From Octopus vulgaris (taxonomy: Eukaryota), in assembly GCA_951406725.2 (NCBI GenBank), contig OX597824.1, forward strand, positions 48,298,001 through 48,362,000: DNA of 64,000 nt, given 5' to 3'. Position 1 is the first letter of the stretch. Each line of letters begins with the position of its first letter. The notes under the pieces are model-generated. The model was not told where the DNA came from. It made no database searches and was given only the letters and a program-made list of their open reading frames with translations. This document shows, piece after piece, positions 12,801-26,443 of this stretch. The position numbers and the translations under genes were made by a program.

Positions 12801-15242
12801 GCTCTCTGTTACTATTGTCTACGCTATATTGTCAAATTGCCATTACCGTCTGATTTTAGAATTCTATGATTGTGATGATCGTAATGATTGTCATCTCATC
12901 GGAGATTATTTTCTCTTCTTCTCTCTTCATAAACAGAATATACTTTATTGAAACATGTGATATTTCATAAAGCAATTTTCATAAACAATCTTCAGCCTTA
13001 CCTCTCTCGACTCTTACTCTTTTACCCACTTTGCACGGCCGTTTTTGATAGCTAGGCTATGCCTGTCCTGTATTTGTTGAAACAGGCCGCCAACAAGCGT
13101 ATTTCTTAGCTGATGCTCGATATTCTAGAAATAGCAACTAAATTCTCCCTAAATGATACCTCCATATTAAAAAAGAATGGTAAAAAAAAAATTCGATAAT
13201 TCAGTCCTAGATACAATAAGACTGAATAAGCGGGATGGTCACTATTGAAACGTCTTTAATTAGTCTTACTAAGAAAATGAGTACCTCACACGATGCTATC
13301 AGATTTTTTTAAATGATGCATTACTTTTTCAAAGTATAATTCACTGGATTCAGAATAATCTTCAATCATACAGGATCAGCAAAGTGAGTACCAGTAATAT
13401 AATGATACAGATTTAGAAGATAAACCCGCTTTTTTACACAGAAATTAATATAGCGCACCCTAAAAGTATCGATTACTTAGTTGATGCAGATACCAATACA
13501 ATTCTCACAAACATATTGATACAAACAAATGGTAGGTAAAGGAAAGAGTGATTTAAAATCAATGGAAATAACTGAAGCAACAAACTGCCGACTGAACTGG
13601 ATGCGTTATGTGAGTGAGTACGCGTTAATGGATCTTTTTTTGGATGCTGGTAAGGCCGCTCTATCTTGTTAGGATATATTGAGGATACGGCTAACGCTTC
13701 TCAAGTAGAAAGTGTTTCATTTTCTCTCTTGCTTCACATATGTGGTCCATGAAAAGGTGGTCGGTATTAATACAAAATCCTGGGAGAGCTTTGCTGATGA
13801 CCGAGCGCAGTAGAGGAGTATGCTTCTGATGGGAAAAGAGATGTTGGGTGCTGCAGTGGGAAAGCGGGTACACAGAATGAGGCACAGTAATACCAACAAA
13901 CTAATGACCTTATAAAGATTTCACTCAAGTATTGGCCTTATCAGCCACAAGTGATGCCGCTTTTAAATGATAAGCACTACATTAAAGATGTAGTTCATGG
14001 CCTGTGATAACAAGAGGAGGATTATAATGTTCATTAACATGTGCACATCAATGTGCAATTGTTAATTGTCACAATTTCCTGATTCCAATACGAAGCCTTC
14101 AGCATTTAGAGTGAAGTGTTTCGTTTGCCATAAATATCTATTTCGTTAATCCAGTCGAATATAGCAACCTGCAATGTGACTGCTGTTTGCGATGAAGATG
14201 ATGATGTCGAAGATGATGAAAAAGCTGTTGGAGATGGTGATGTTGATGGTAGTGATAACTGTATTGATTGCGATGACAATGATGATGATGTTGAAAATCT
14301 TCGTGAGTGTGCCAAATATAATACCATAAAAATCAAAAATAACACATAAAAATCTAATACATAAAATATAATGCATATAAAATATATAATACATACAAGA
14401 ACTTCCGCTAGATGTATAGTGGTAGTAGTGACTTATTAGCTCACATTTTATGTCATTTCCAGCTACAACGAAACTAATTTATATTGCAAACACATAAACT
14501 AAAAGGAATGCAAATGCTAACAGCGGAGTGCAGCGGTGCATATCTCTTTACCTCCAAACATCTCTACGAGTCAGTGGCAGTTACTAATGGTATATTATTT
14601 ATGCACGAAATGCAGCGAGCGTCAAAGAGCAAAAGGTAAGTTTCAGGTGAATTGATTTGGTAATCTAGTTTCGTTTTCTGCTTGAGGTCATTCATTTTAT
14701 TTAGGTTGTTAATGCCTCCGAGATGAGGCATAAATGTCATACAACCTTATTTCTTTATATTTCTGAGTACTTCTGTTCATGTAATAAATCATTAATATAA
14801 GCACCTACGATCCATTCTCAATCCCCAGTTTGAACAATGTCATTCTACTCACTTTAAGAAAGTGACTGGCAGATGTTTAGATGACAAAATTTCCAATTTC
14901 AAATGCGAGAAACAATTTTAATGGCAGCATCATCAGAAGTAGCGAAGCGTCGGTAGCCATTTTATTCCTTTTTATGGATCTTCCTAGACTCATGAAGGTA
15001 AGGTGGCAAGAAACCACTTCTCATGGTTTATCTTCAGAACAGGATCCTAGTTCAAATGTTTTCAAGACAACGGACATTCTAAGGGAACTCAAGTGCCACA
15101 TCTCACTGTTAAACTAGGAAACATATTAAACCTTCCATACACAGGTTGTTATATGAACGACAATGAGGTAGTGCCGTTTCATTTTCAGTAGTTTTTGAAT
15201 TGCTGGCTGGTGCTTTTTCACATTATCTATGTCGCTAATATA

Positions 15243-15544
15243 GTGGAGGCACATGGCCTAGTGGTTAGAGCAGCGGATTCGCGGTCAAAGGATCGCGAGT
15301 TCGAATCTCAGACAGGGCGATGTGTGTGTTTATGAGCGAAACACCTAAGCTTCACGCGGATCCGGTAGAAGGTAATGGCGAACTTCTGCTGAGTCTTTCA
15401 CCACAACTTTCTCTCACTGTTTCCTCCTGCATCCTGTAGCCCACCTGCAACGGACGGGCGTCCCGTCCAGGTGGGTAACCTATACGCCAAGGAAACCGGG
15501 AAACCGGCCCTTATGAGCCAGGCATAGCTCGAGAAGGAACAAAC
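15243..15544 (+). mobile_element. tRNA-derived SINE family C (V-domain-like) with perfect 14-bp TSD
   Basis: A-box TGGCCTAGTGG, B-box GAGTTCGAATC, cctgcaacggacgggcgtcccgtccagg; ATGTCGCTAATATA at 15229-15242 and 15545-15558. Confidence 0.92.
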
Positions 15545-17875
15545 ATGTCGCTAATATAACTGGGAAGAGGCATGAACATCATCATCAGTTACAACATCAT
15601 CATAATAGTTTATTTTTCGTTTTAATGTAAAGTAAAAGTTATTCATTGATAAAGTAAGAGAAATAGAAATGGCAGAGATGGCAAAGAAGTAAACTTGATT
15701 CTTCTTTGTAAGCACAGTTTTCGAACCTGTCGCTTGTACTATATGAGCCGAGGATATAAATGGTAAATGTTGTTAGTATTGCATTGGTATTTGTAATTCC
15801 CTTCAAAAATGATCCCTGTAACTTTGAAAAAACGATAAAGAGCAACACTAAAACAAGATTAGATGTAAAACATCTAGTTTCATTGTACTTAATTACTTAG
15901 CAGCTGGTAGATGTTGAGCAGTTTCCCCACCAAAAACGCTTCAAATAAAATTATCATTAATATATGAGCTAAGCTTTAAATTTAACTGATATATAGTAAA
16001 TACTCTTTACTTTCTTAAAACATCAAATTTGCCGGAGAATTTGTTATTTTGTTTCTCAGAAACTATAAAGAAGTGATTCCTGTGTTTTACAAAGTAAATT
16101 TCCAGGTCCATATTCGAGCTTTTTTTGTTTTATATACTTATTTTCTTTTATGGTTTTAAGCAAAATATATATAATTATTTTATTCTTTCAAAAGCTACCA
16201 TGAACTCTTCTTTACATTTCACCTAAAGCCATTCTCTTCCGCCGGGATTCACTATTTTCTGTTTATTACACCTTTTTTTTTCAAACACAAGCGATCAATA
16301 CTGCTTTTCAGGTTGATTGAACTATACATGTTCAATAATTGATTCGTAGTTTTTCAGTCAACGCTATTAAATTCTTCTGGTTTTCCACACCAGTGAATGG
16401 TCTATGTATCACCGATTACTCTCTACTTTTCTCTCTACCTCTTTACCGTTCGCAAACTTGGTTTTATATCTTTCTCTATCAGTGTATTAAACTCAATAAC
16501 CCAAGATAATATGGATTTATTTTTTGTATATTTATCGATTAACCATTAATAAACCATGTGAAGTGCTAGCTCGTATGCACATATATGCCGGGACTTTTTG
16601 ATCAGTATGACCGTTAATAAACTTAGAGTTACAATCTCTATAAAAATATCATTTGGGTTTTTCAGGAAATCTCAAATTTTATTTTCTCATTCAAGTTTTT
16701 TAACCGGTGAATTGTGTCTAGTTTGTTATAGCCTGATGGTGGTGGTCGGATTAAGAATTCTTTCTTTAATTTGCAGAGTTTATTCGTTTCGAACAAAAGC
16801 TAAACTACTTACCCAAATAAAACCTAGTGAAATCTATTTTTAGTTTCGTAATACATCTGAGACATTCTTTGTACTGATTCTTAAGATACCTCTCAACTAT
16901 TCTAAATGTTTCTACCTTACTTATGACTGGTCCAAAAGCAATTAACAGTTTAGAAGCAATCATTTTAATGTAGACAAAAACTTTCTTTGTCATAAATAAA
17001 GAAGGCTGTGCCTTACCATTCGTTGTTATTTTATTTAATTCTGCTGTCTACACCTAAATTTACCAACCCACATATTGTTTATTTTCCCTGTCTAAAATTA
17101 ATAAATTGCAGTCTTTAGTTATTCTTAAAGCTTTTACAATTTAAATATTTACTTAGCTTACCCGCCGTCCATTTCTGCATCGATAACTCACATATTCTGT
17201 GATGGCAATCAAATACTTAGTTTTTAAACTAGGTCTCAGTTTTCTTTCTCTTTTATTATGCTCATTTTTATTTGTACTCATTATTCTTGCTTTTACGTTT
17301 CTCATTCAATATACTAAACCTATTCCCGCTACTATAAATACATATTATTAGTTTTTAACAGACAGTATTGTAGTGTTAATTAGCCCTTGTCCATTTTCTC
17401 ATTCCTGCCTGTTCTACTTTTGATTATTATATTTCTTTCAAGAGTTAATTTTTAGGGATGTATCCTGTTTCAATAAGAAAGATAGCTTCTGCAAGTCTCC
17501 CCTAATGAACTGTGGTAAAAATGGTTAGAGGGAATAGACCTACTCTAAGTATGCAACTATGGATTAGGGAATGACAGTCGTTTAGGGCTTGTGACTCTGG
17601 TTGTCATGGTTATCTCGGATCTGTGGGGATCCTTGATTGGCCCTAGTTGGAAGTTATCCTATAACAGGAGAAACTGCATCATTCATGTATTCACATACTT
17701 TGCATTCTATGTATACTTTTATCTCGTTCCATCGTCATCCTCCGTTGTTTCTCTTCATCTTTTATGTAGACTCTCAAGCAAATTGTGAACTGTCCTTGTG
17801 GTGACCCCTCACCATTGACTCCGTGACAAATGAAAGAAACCACTGCCATCGTCCCATTCGCCGCCGCCGACGCTA

Positions 17876-17936
17876 CCACCACCACCACCACCACCACCAC
17901 CACCACCACCACCACCACCACCACCACCACTACCAC
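17876..17936. repeat. (CAC)n microsatellite
   Basis: Direct reading. Confidence 0.95.
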
Positions 17937-18899
17937 CCATCATGACTACCCGTCTGATAAGTGTACACCAGGCACATGCATCATAACCATGTGTGCGTGA
18001 CATGGTGATCTCATATCAAGATAAACAGCACATGACCTTGCAGCTGGAGCCCAGTTAGAATTTCCTTCTGGTCGAGTAGCCCATCCAGCTCAAAAAGTCT
18101 CTGAATAAGGGTTGTTTAAGGATGTTGAACGAAACACCAATGTTTCCAAAGGTGAATTATTCAAGCTCCAAAGAATCTCTCTCAACACACGGCTATGATG
18201 CTCCCCACTGCTTCTACTCATGATGCACACGACGTCTGATCGCTAAGCAGACGACAGGAATAATAACACCACCTCCAGCAGCAGCAGTAGCAGCAAGACC
18301 ACCACCACCATCATGATCATCATCACCACCACTCATCGTCATCATGATCATCACCATTACCTAAGATATAACACGAACAACAGCAGCAATAGCAGCAGTA
18401 GCAACAACAACAACAATTATAAGACGGGGAACAGGAAAATTACTATGGCAACAAGAACAACAACAATTATAATATCGATCAACCAGCCACTTCGAAAACA
18501 TAAATAGCACCTGCGAAACCATCAGCTTTAACACTCATCCACCACCAGAAAGTCTGGAAGCAGCAGCAGCAGCAGCAGCAGCAGCACCACCACCACCACC
18601 ACCACCACCACTACCACAACCACTTATAGCAGCAGCAACAGCCGTTCAAGAATTTGGACCTGGAGATCTCCATTTCCAGCGACTTCGAGGGCCACCCTCC
18701 CAGTGGTGTCGGGCGTCAACGAAGAGCCCTCGACTACAACAAGACGACCAAAGTTTTTTTCCAAGATCTGGGGTCTCCCGCCCCTAAGCCCTAGACCATC
18801 ACCTAATCACCCTTACCCGTCTTCTTGCCTAACAACAACAAGCAGCATCAACAACAACAAAAACATCTGCAAAAACAACGTCAGCAGTATCATCAAGAG

Positions 18900-19560
18900 C
18901 AACAACAATAACTTATTTGCAGTGATAACAAGGTCACAGGAGCAGGTTTTCTTAGAAGAAAAACACAATAACCTGATCGAAGTAGAAAAGCTTCTCAATA
19001 GAGAAAATAGAAGAATCCTACTTGCTCTCCTTTCAGAATTGATGGAAAGGACTGCCAAAAGAACTATTTTATATGAATGTGCTTCTATAAAAAAAATCAA
19101 CGGGATTTTAATGCCTCACACATCCAAGTCGAATAATGCTTAAAGTTGACTGACATCAACTTTATGACTCACAGAAGGCAATATGACTCTTTAGAAGTGA
19201 GATTCCTTGCACAGAAACATTCAATGGTCCAATGCAAACACGGACTTAAACTAACAGACTTGCAAGCAGAATTAATCATCTGGTGGGTGGTGGCATATGT
19301 AGTACTCGAAAACTCGGATACCCTGCTTGATATTAAAAAATATCGTAAAGAGAATTGGTCCGGGATTGGGTTGGAAACTTTGATCCTGTTAAAGTCGGAT
19401 ACACTGGACGAGAACCCTAGACTAACTGAGCTGTCGAACAGGACACAACTCCGGGTTAAAGGGAAAGACAGAAAATCTCGATGCCATAGATGCGAGTAAA
19501 ACTCCCATTTAAAAGCCTTCTGTCCACAATAACAAAAGGCAACTGGAAGAAGACCCACTC
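18900..19560 (+). pseudogene. Decayed gag-like ORF1 of a non-LTR retrotransposon (probably L1/Tx1 type)
   Basis: Reading through the stop at the end of ORF 19146-19499 gives C-HR-C-E*NS-H-LKAF-C, a CX2CX4HX4C zinc knuckle; flanked by (CAA)/(CAG)-rich low complexity. Confidence 0.65.
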
Positions 19561-20129
19561 TTTTGCCAATATTACAACCACAACAACAACTACGCCGACA
19601 ACAGCAACCAGAAAGCCAGTAGCAACAACAAAAATGCAACTACTAACTTCGACCAAAGCAGCTGCGACTGCTGCAGCAAGAAGAAGAAGAAGAAGAAGAA
19701 CAACAACAACAACAACTGCGGGAACAGGGAACAACTCCAATAGCAGGAACTACAATGAAGATCTGCCACAACAACCCCAACAACAGCAGTGGCAACAAAC
19801 GAGTGACACAAACCAGGAACCAATTACTACACAACTACTACCCTTACCGACAAGAGAGTTGACTTAGGCAGGTCTAACAACCCAGAGAATCACACACACG
19901 CGTATGCGCAGTTTCAGATCTATCTCTGTCGGCATGGAGTTAGTGGATGTACAGAAACCTTGTGTGATGAGAAGAATATGAACCTGTGGCAAAGCATGCG
20001 TTAGGATAAAGAGGATAAACAATTCTAAAATATGCTGCTGCAAAATAAAAGTTGAAAGACAAAATGCAGAAAACCCATCTTTATATCATCGTCCACAAAT
20101 AACACGAAAAGCACTTTACGTCTGTCTTT

Positions 20130-20505
20130 ATCGTCCCGTTTATCCGTTGCGCTGCTTAGTGGCATTTCTTCCGGCTTTTCATGTTATGAGTTCAAAATCC
20201 ACCGTGGTCGACTTTGCCTGTCATCGTTTCGGAGTCGATAAAATAAGTACCAGTCAGGTACTGGGGTCAATGAAATCGACTAGCCCCCTTCCCCCCAAAT
20301 TTCAGGCCTTTTGCCCAAAGTAGAAAAGATTGCTGTTATTATTTAAGGTGGTGAGCTGGGAGGGAAATTAGCACACCGGCCAAAATGCTTTGCGGCATTT
20401 TGTCCGTCTTCCCGTTCGAATTTTCTCCGAGGTCGACTTTACCTTTCGTCCTTCCGGAGTCGATAAAATAAGTACCAGTCCAGCACTGGGGTCAATGTAA
20501 TCATC
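20130..20505 (+). mobile_element. Two head-to-tail SINE family A copies
   Basis: Core gtcgacttt..cc..tc.tc.tt.cggagtcgataaaataagtaccagtc occurs near 20207 and 20432. Confidence 0.85.
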
Positions 20506-20721
20506 GATCTATTTTGATGCTTTCTGACACATACGATCCTTTCTCATGGTTGATAAATAATTTTGTGTTCCACAGTCCCATACTGTGCTGTAAAAAACCT
20601 TTTAAGAAAGGAGTGATCCTGAATATATTTAGTGCCTTTAAGATCCTGCTATGTGGACACTGTCAAATGCCTTACGATAGTCAATCCATGCTGTGAATAA
20701 GAATTCGTTTTTGTGATGAGA

Positions 20722-21270
20722 TCAATTTTCGAGTATTATATAGTTTATTAATAGCTGATCTTTGCAGCCGTATGAGTTTCTTTTGCACCCTTTTTCTTCA
20801 AGGGGAAGGATGTTGCTTCCATCAAGGAATTGATACATACTTTCGGGGAGGATGGATGTAAGTATTTTGTAAGTGGTAGTCAAACAAGCGATCGGCCTGT
20901 AGTTTTTTTGGTTTTTTGTGTCACTTGTTTTAGGGAGTAAGTATGATATCTCTAATGTTAGTCGGCTTGGAGTCTTTAAGGGATTTCTGATGATATTAAA
21001 CATTCCATTAACTGACGCTGTGATGAGGAGAGGCTATTAAGCCAGTTGTTTGGGATTTTATCATGTCCATGAGACTTCCACTTATGAGCTTTAGATAGAA
21101 CTTGAGTTAGTTCCTGCATTGTAATATCGTTCCATCCCTGTTCTTCAATCTTAACCATTCTTTCTTCTTTCCTCCCTACCCATCCAGCTTCCTTGCTGAA
21201 TTCCTTTCTATCACTCCATATACTTTTCCAAAATGTCACTACTTCTTTCATGTCAGGCGTGTCTCTTCCT
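20722..21270 (-). mobile_element. R4/Dong-clade LINE fragment, N-terminal part of reverse transcriptase
   Basis: KWKSHGHDKIPNNWL; YLLPK...NYRPIACLTTTYKILTSI...EEKGCKRNSYGCKDQLLIN. Confidence 0.88.
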
Positions 21271-21324
21271 TATTCTCAGTAACATTTCTTAGCATCAGTT
21301 TTTAAAATATTATTATTATCATTA

Positions 21325-21499
21325 ATGCTAAGCGGTATTTCGTCCGTCGTTACGTTCTGAGTTCAAATTCCGCTGAGGTCAACTTTGCCTTTCATCCTTT
21401 CAGGGTCGATAAATTAAGCACCAGTCAAGTACTGGGGTCAATGTGATCGATTGTCCTCCTCCCCACAAAAATCCAGGCCTTGTGCCTATAGTAGAAAGG

Positions 21500-21500
<1 letters not shown>
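21325..21500 (+). mobile_element. SINE family A copy ending in (ATT)n
   Basis: B-box, core and tail ggccttgtgcctatagtagaaagga, followed by (tta)n at 21501-21563. Confidence 0.88.
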
Positions 21501-21563
<63 letters not shown>

Positions 21564-21566
<3 letters not shown>

Positions 21567-22260
21567 GAAGACTCACAGCTTATTTTGAGTATGATCGAAA
21601 GTGTCAGTCGTCTATAGCCAGCAAACTAAGGTGACACTTGTTTACTGGTCATGCTCCAAGAACCCTGCGAAGAATTCTTGCAGTTTCAAGCAATGCTGAT
21701 TTTTCGTAGGTGTTCTACCTTCCCAGTTGCACCGATCTTTTTCAGCCATGCTGGTAGTTGAGTGGTGATACTTTCAAGTGCACCAAATACTATTGGTATC
21801 ATGTCTACTCTCTTCATTGACCACAACCTTCGTATTTCCCACTTTAAATCGTCATAGTTGTTTATTTTTTCTCCTTCTTTCACACTGATCCTGTTGTCAC
21901 CGAGGCATGCTATGTCGATTATCATACATGTTCTTTCTTTTTTATTCACCGATTTCCGTCCGATGTCTGGCCAGGTGATAGCAATGGATCATTGCATCCC
22001 ACAGGATTTTGCAATTCTCATTTTCGATGACTCCTTCCGGAGTATTCTCATACCACATTTTTGCTCTTTGTAGGCTGTGATCTCCACAGAGCTCCTAATG
22101 GGTCATTCTTGCCACATTGTCACGGAGTCTTTTGTATTCGTGTTGTGCCAATTTCGGACATTCGCTAACGATGTGCCATACCGTTTCACCTCTCTCACCA
22201 CATATTCTGCCCTTGTCGCTATCGATAGTGTTGTCTATTCTGCATTGATCGTGCAAATCA
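21564..22260 (-). mobile_element. 3' end of an R4/Dong-clade LINE (zinc knuckle, restriction-like endonuclease, 3'UTR)
   Basis: RICGERGETVWHIVSECPKLAQHEYKR; IIDIACLGDNRISVKEGEKINNYDDLKWEIRRLW...PIVFGAL; ends in (TAA)n on its own strand. Confidence 0.9.
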
Positions 22261-22419
22261 CCTCATCCCCCACTACTATCCTAACATAAATGAGCTTGTC
22301 GGAGACAAAAAAAAAATGAATTTTCTCCACTAACCCTCGAACAAGTCACAGTCTACTTAATAAATAAACAAATAAAAATGGGGAAAATGATAAAGGACAG
22401 ATTTCAAGAAGATATGTGG

Positions 22420-23033
22420 GATGATGATGATGATGAGGAGGAGGAGGATGAAGACAACGACTACGGCGATGATCCTGATCCTTACCATGATCATGAACGT
22501 TACGATGATGACGATATCGATGATCACGACGATGACAATTACGATGACAACAATGATGGTGGCGATAATGACAACGATGACAACAATGACGAAGATGATC
22601 GTAATGATAATGATGATGATCACGACGACGACAATGACAGCGACGAGACAATGACGGTGACGGTGACGACAATGACGAAGATAATCGTGATGATGATGAC
22701 GACGACGACGACGATAATGTAGACAACATCGTCATCATCATAATCATCATCGTCGTCGTCATCATAGTTGTCGTTGTCTACATCATCATTCTCGTCGTTA
22801 TTGTCATTGTTGTCGTCGTCATCGTCATCATCATCACCATCATCATTATCATTGTCATGTTTGAAATCCTTTATTTCTTCATCACAAATTTATTCATTTA
22901 CTTTTATTAGCTATCAACTAAATTACGAATCAAAATCATCGTTATACTGTAATACCCCGACCCTTCGACTTGCTTCTTGTAATTGGTTTAGCGATCAGCT
23001 TACACATTATTGTTGTTGTTGTTGTTGTTGTTG

Positions 23034-23075
<42 letters not shown>
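22420..23075. repeat. Degenerate (GAT/GAC)n switching to (TCA/TCG)n, then (TTG)n(TAT)n
   Basis: Direct reading. Confidence 0.9.
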
Positions 23076-23076
<1 letters not shown>

Positions 23077-23262
23077 TTTTATTTTTTTATCTTCACGCTG
23101 TAACACGAGATAAGCTTCCTATCTTTTGTTTTCGGTTTATGTTAATGTATTGTTTACATCTTGACAGCTTTTATCTCCATTATTCACTACAGTTCACCTA
23201 TATCTGAGTGTGTGTATGTGTGCGTGCGCGCGTGCGCGCGCACACACACACACACACACATA

Positions 23263-24165
23263 CAAGGTGCGGTGAATATATTGTCGTCTAAAATACGCAA
23301 ATTTGAAAATAACACTGACATCTCATTTTAACAGATATATTTACCAAAATTGCATAAAAATGTCTTGAAATACTAAAGAGTAAATTTATTCAATAAAATT
23401 GCCATTAGCTCCAACCACGGCTTCCAGACGACTTCGGAATCTCCTGCAACTCTTCTCAACAGTCTCCTTGTTTAAGTTGAGGAATACTGCCATAATCCTT
23501 GCCTTCAGTTCATCTTTGGCGTTACAAAGAGTTTTGTTGGACTCTCGCCCACACATAATAATCAAGGCGGTTGTAGTCTGGGGAGTTAGGTGGTCAGATG
23601 ATAGGGGTGATGTGGTCGCAGAAATTATATGACAACCATGACTGGGTTCTCCTGCTTGTGTAGCATGGCGCAGAGTCCTGTTACAAGACATAGGGTCTTC
23701 TAACAGTCACCCATTTGGTCCAGGGCAGCACTACCTCCTCCCGGCATTTAGGCACGTAGGCCTCTGTGTTGAGTCTGAGGCCGTGTGGGAAGAAAAATGG
23801 AGGCATAACGTCGCCATCACTAATGACCACTCCAAATATCATGATGTTTGATTTTATCACTCTCGGTACATGTTTTGGGGACACGTCAAGCCAACGGTTG
23901 TTCTGTATGTTTACCATCTGTTCGTAATGGAGCTTCCAGCGTGAATGCCAATCAGTACAGCATGTCGTTTCCAAATTTCTGGCAGAGTGAATTGCGTCAT
24001 GGTGCTACCTTTCTCGCAGACGATGCCCAACTGACCCTACCTCACTGTGTTTTGCTTTCCTTAATGCCTTCTGACAAACTCTCACTGATACCAGACTTGG
24101 ATGAAGGTGAGATTTGTCAGTATGACGGAACTCCATACCACAGATCGCGTGCAACACATAGACAA
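23263..24165 (-). mobile_element. Decayed maT-family (DD37D) transposon
   Basis: RPYVL*QDSAPCYTSRRTQSWLSYNFCDHITPII*PPNSPDYNRLDYYVW has 37 residues between the two D; C-terminus CRRFRSRLEAVVGANGNFIE; TA-CAAGGTG end at 23261. Confidence 0.9.
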
Positions 24166-25080
24166 TAGGGGTGCAAAGAACATAGACAATAGAGGATCCA
24201 GTACACTTATCAAACAGTATCCAAAGTGTGAGAAGGGACCATTTGGATGACCTCTAGGACTATGGGAAGATGATATAGTACAAAAAAAGAATATAGAAAA
24301 TGTAAGTTGCTCAGTGTTCTCCAGAGCTTTATATATGAGTAATCATTACGTTGTCTCAACGTGACACCCTATCAAGTAAAGATGGCTCTTTGGGTAACAG
24401 GTTAAACTTTTACAATGTATTTCTGTATAGTTTCATTCAAAAGGTTTGGACTGGTATGAGACACATGAAAACTGGAATGATGTCCAGGCCATGATAATTA
24501 GTGCACGCTGGTATGAAACAGGCCATGATGATTTCGAAGCAAACTTCTTTAACCATATAACTATTCTGTACCCCCCTACACACACACACACAAACACGTA
24601 CACGCACGCACACAAAAAGGAGGATACACCAGCAAGATCAACTGAATAGGATACTTAAATTGCCTTTTAATTAATGTATAGAAATCAGTAATTTCTGTAA
24701 TGACATTTGGGCTTTTCAGTTTGTGATTTTTACAGACTAATAATGGCAATTCTATTATATTTCTTCGGATCCCAAATCCTATTATCCAAATTGATTTCCT
24801 TTTTAGAGAACTTCAATCAAAATCTTTCTTCATGGACATATATTACCACTTGGAGACAGTACAAATATTGCATTCAACAGCCTGTTGGCTATTTACATTC
24901 ACACGCACGTGCTCAATCACACACACACACACACGTACACACACCCACACACATGCACTTACAAGCACACACACACTGTGTTTATATATGCATGAATGTA
25001 TGTGTATATATGTATGCGTATATAAGTTTATATGTATATATATATGCATGTGTGTGAGTACGTGCATGTATGTATATATA

Positions 25081-25111
<31 letters not shown>

Positions 25112-25855
25112 AATTAATAGCTCAATAAGAGCTGTAACATCTCATTTTTTACGTGAATCCTTTGTGAAAGGCCGAGTAATTCTTTTGAAATGTCACAAAC
25201 GATTTATCCTTCCATAGGTTGTTAGCTATAAACGTAATATTATTTATACAATATATTTTACTTTAAATAAATATTCTACATGCTATTTCTAATCATTGTC
25301 TATCTTGCAACAGTCGACCAAGGATCACTTTAATACGTGCTCTATTTATAATAAGCTGGGGAGGTATTTTTTTTCCTTGTTTTTCATTTGGCAGAAAGCG
25401 ATAGTCTCTTTGTTGCCATCTTATCTCCAGTCTGAATATCAGCAATTTTTCTTTGTAACCTTGCAGATACTAGATAGATAGAAATAAATAATTTCGCTCG
25501 ATATCTTTCTTGGCTGTATTTGGTACTAGGAGAATAATTCCAATAGACAGTAGTGAGAACAAGACTCGGTCACTGGAGAAATATTTGTAAAAAATAAATA
25601 CAAAGACAAAACAAGGCAAGAATCAGATCCCAACCGCCACCGAGGAAAAAACAAAATAAAATACATTATTTTATACGTTTTCTTTAATAAGTCCTCATAT
25701 AACTGTCCACTGGTTGCATATGGACTAGTTCAATCATGTTAAAGATGAACTAGCTCATGTTAGCGAGGGGGAAAAGACAACGCGCGTCTATTTTCTTATA
25801 GGTTCTTAATACTCTCTTTTTACTTACCTCTCTCTGCTATCGAAGGAAGCTGTGG

Positions 25856-25947
25856 AGAAGAAGAAGAAGAAGAAGAAGAAGAAGAAGAAGAAGAAGAAGA
25901 AGAAGAAGAAGAAGAAGAAGAAGGAGGAGGAGGAGGAGGAGAAGAAG
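25856..25947. repeat. (GAA)n/(GGA)n microsatellite
   Basis: Direct reading. Confidence 0.95.
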
Positions 25948-26443
25948 ATATCTGTAAATGACAGTTTATAAAAAGAAAAGAGCAACGGAGGACAACTTGA
26001 ATTGTGGCTCACCATACAAGGACTTGGGTGTATAAACTGACATTATTTAGGCGCTAAAATCATTTTATTTTTCTGGCATTTTTCTAGGTGAGGTGTGTGT
26101 GTGTGGGCGTAGCTGAATCGATTACAAAAGTCAGGTACAAATCAAGAACAGTCGAAAACTTCTTCAAATACAAACTTGAGAAATTGGTAAAAAATGTAAA
26201 TGAACACGAAAAGAGCACAAGACTGTATATAAATTAGCAAATTTCCGGGAGATAACGAAATTATAAACACAAGAACAGGCAATCGCTACAACCTACAGCG
26301 TAACACTACAAATCACCTCTATTGTTTATGTTAAGCTACAAAAGTACAAGGGAACAATGTAATCTGAATGGAAAATCTAAACAATTTTAAATATTTATAA
26401 TCATTATTTTATGTTATATAATTATCATATTGTGGTTATATAA

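Noticed and set aside
14500-14650. Perfect splice donor AAG|GTAAGT near 14636
   Set aside because: No convincing acceptor, frame or recognisable peptide; expected by chance in 64 kb.
16250-17050. Purine-rich minus-strand stretch with short ORFs, possibly another LINE ORF1
   Set aside because: No intact motif could be read, so it cannot be assigned.
17940-18240. Complex sequence that looks like an interspersed repeat
   Set aside because: No second copy or diagnostic motif within this window.
20722-22260. Single intact R4/Dong element
   Set aside because: On the minus strand the endonuclease fragment precedes the RT fragment, the wrong order for one element.
22378-22722. Asp-rich 114-aa ORF resembling an acidic biomineral protein
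   Set aside because: Degenerate (GAT/GAC)n repeat open in several frames, with no signal peptide or splice support.
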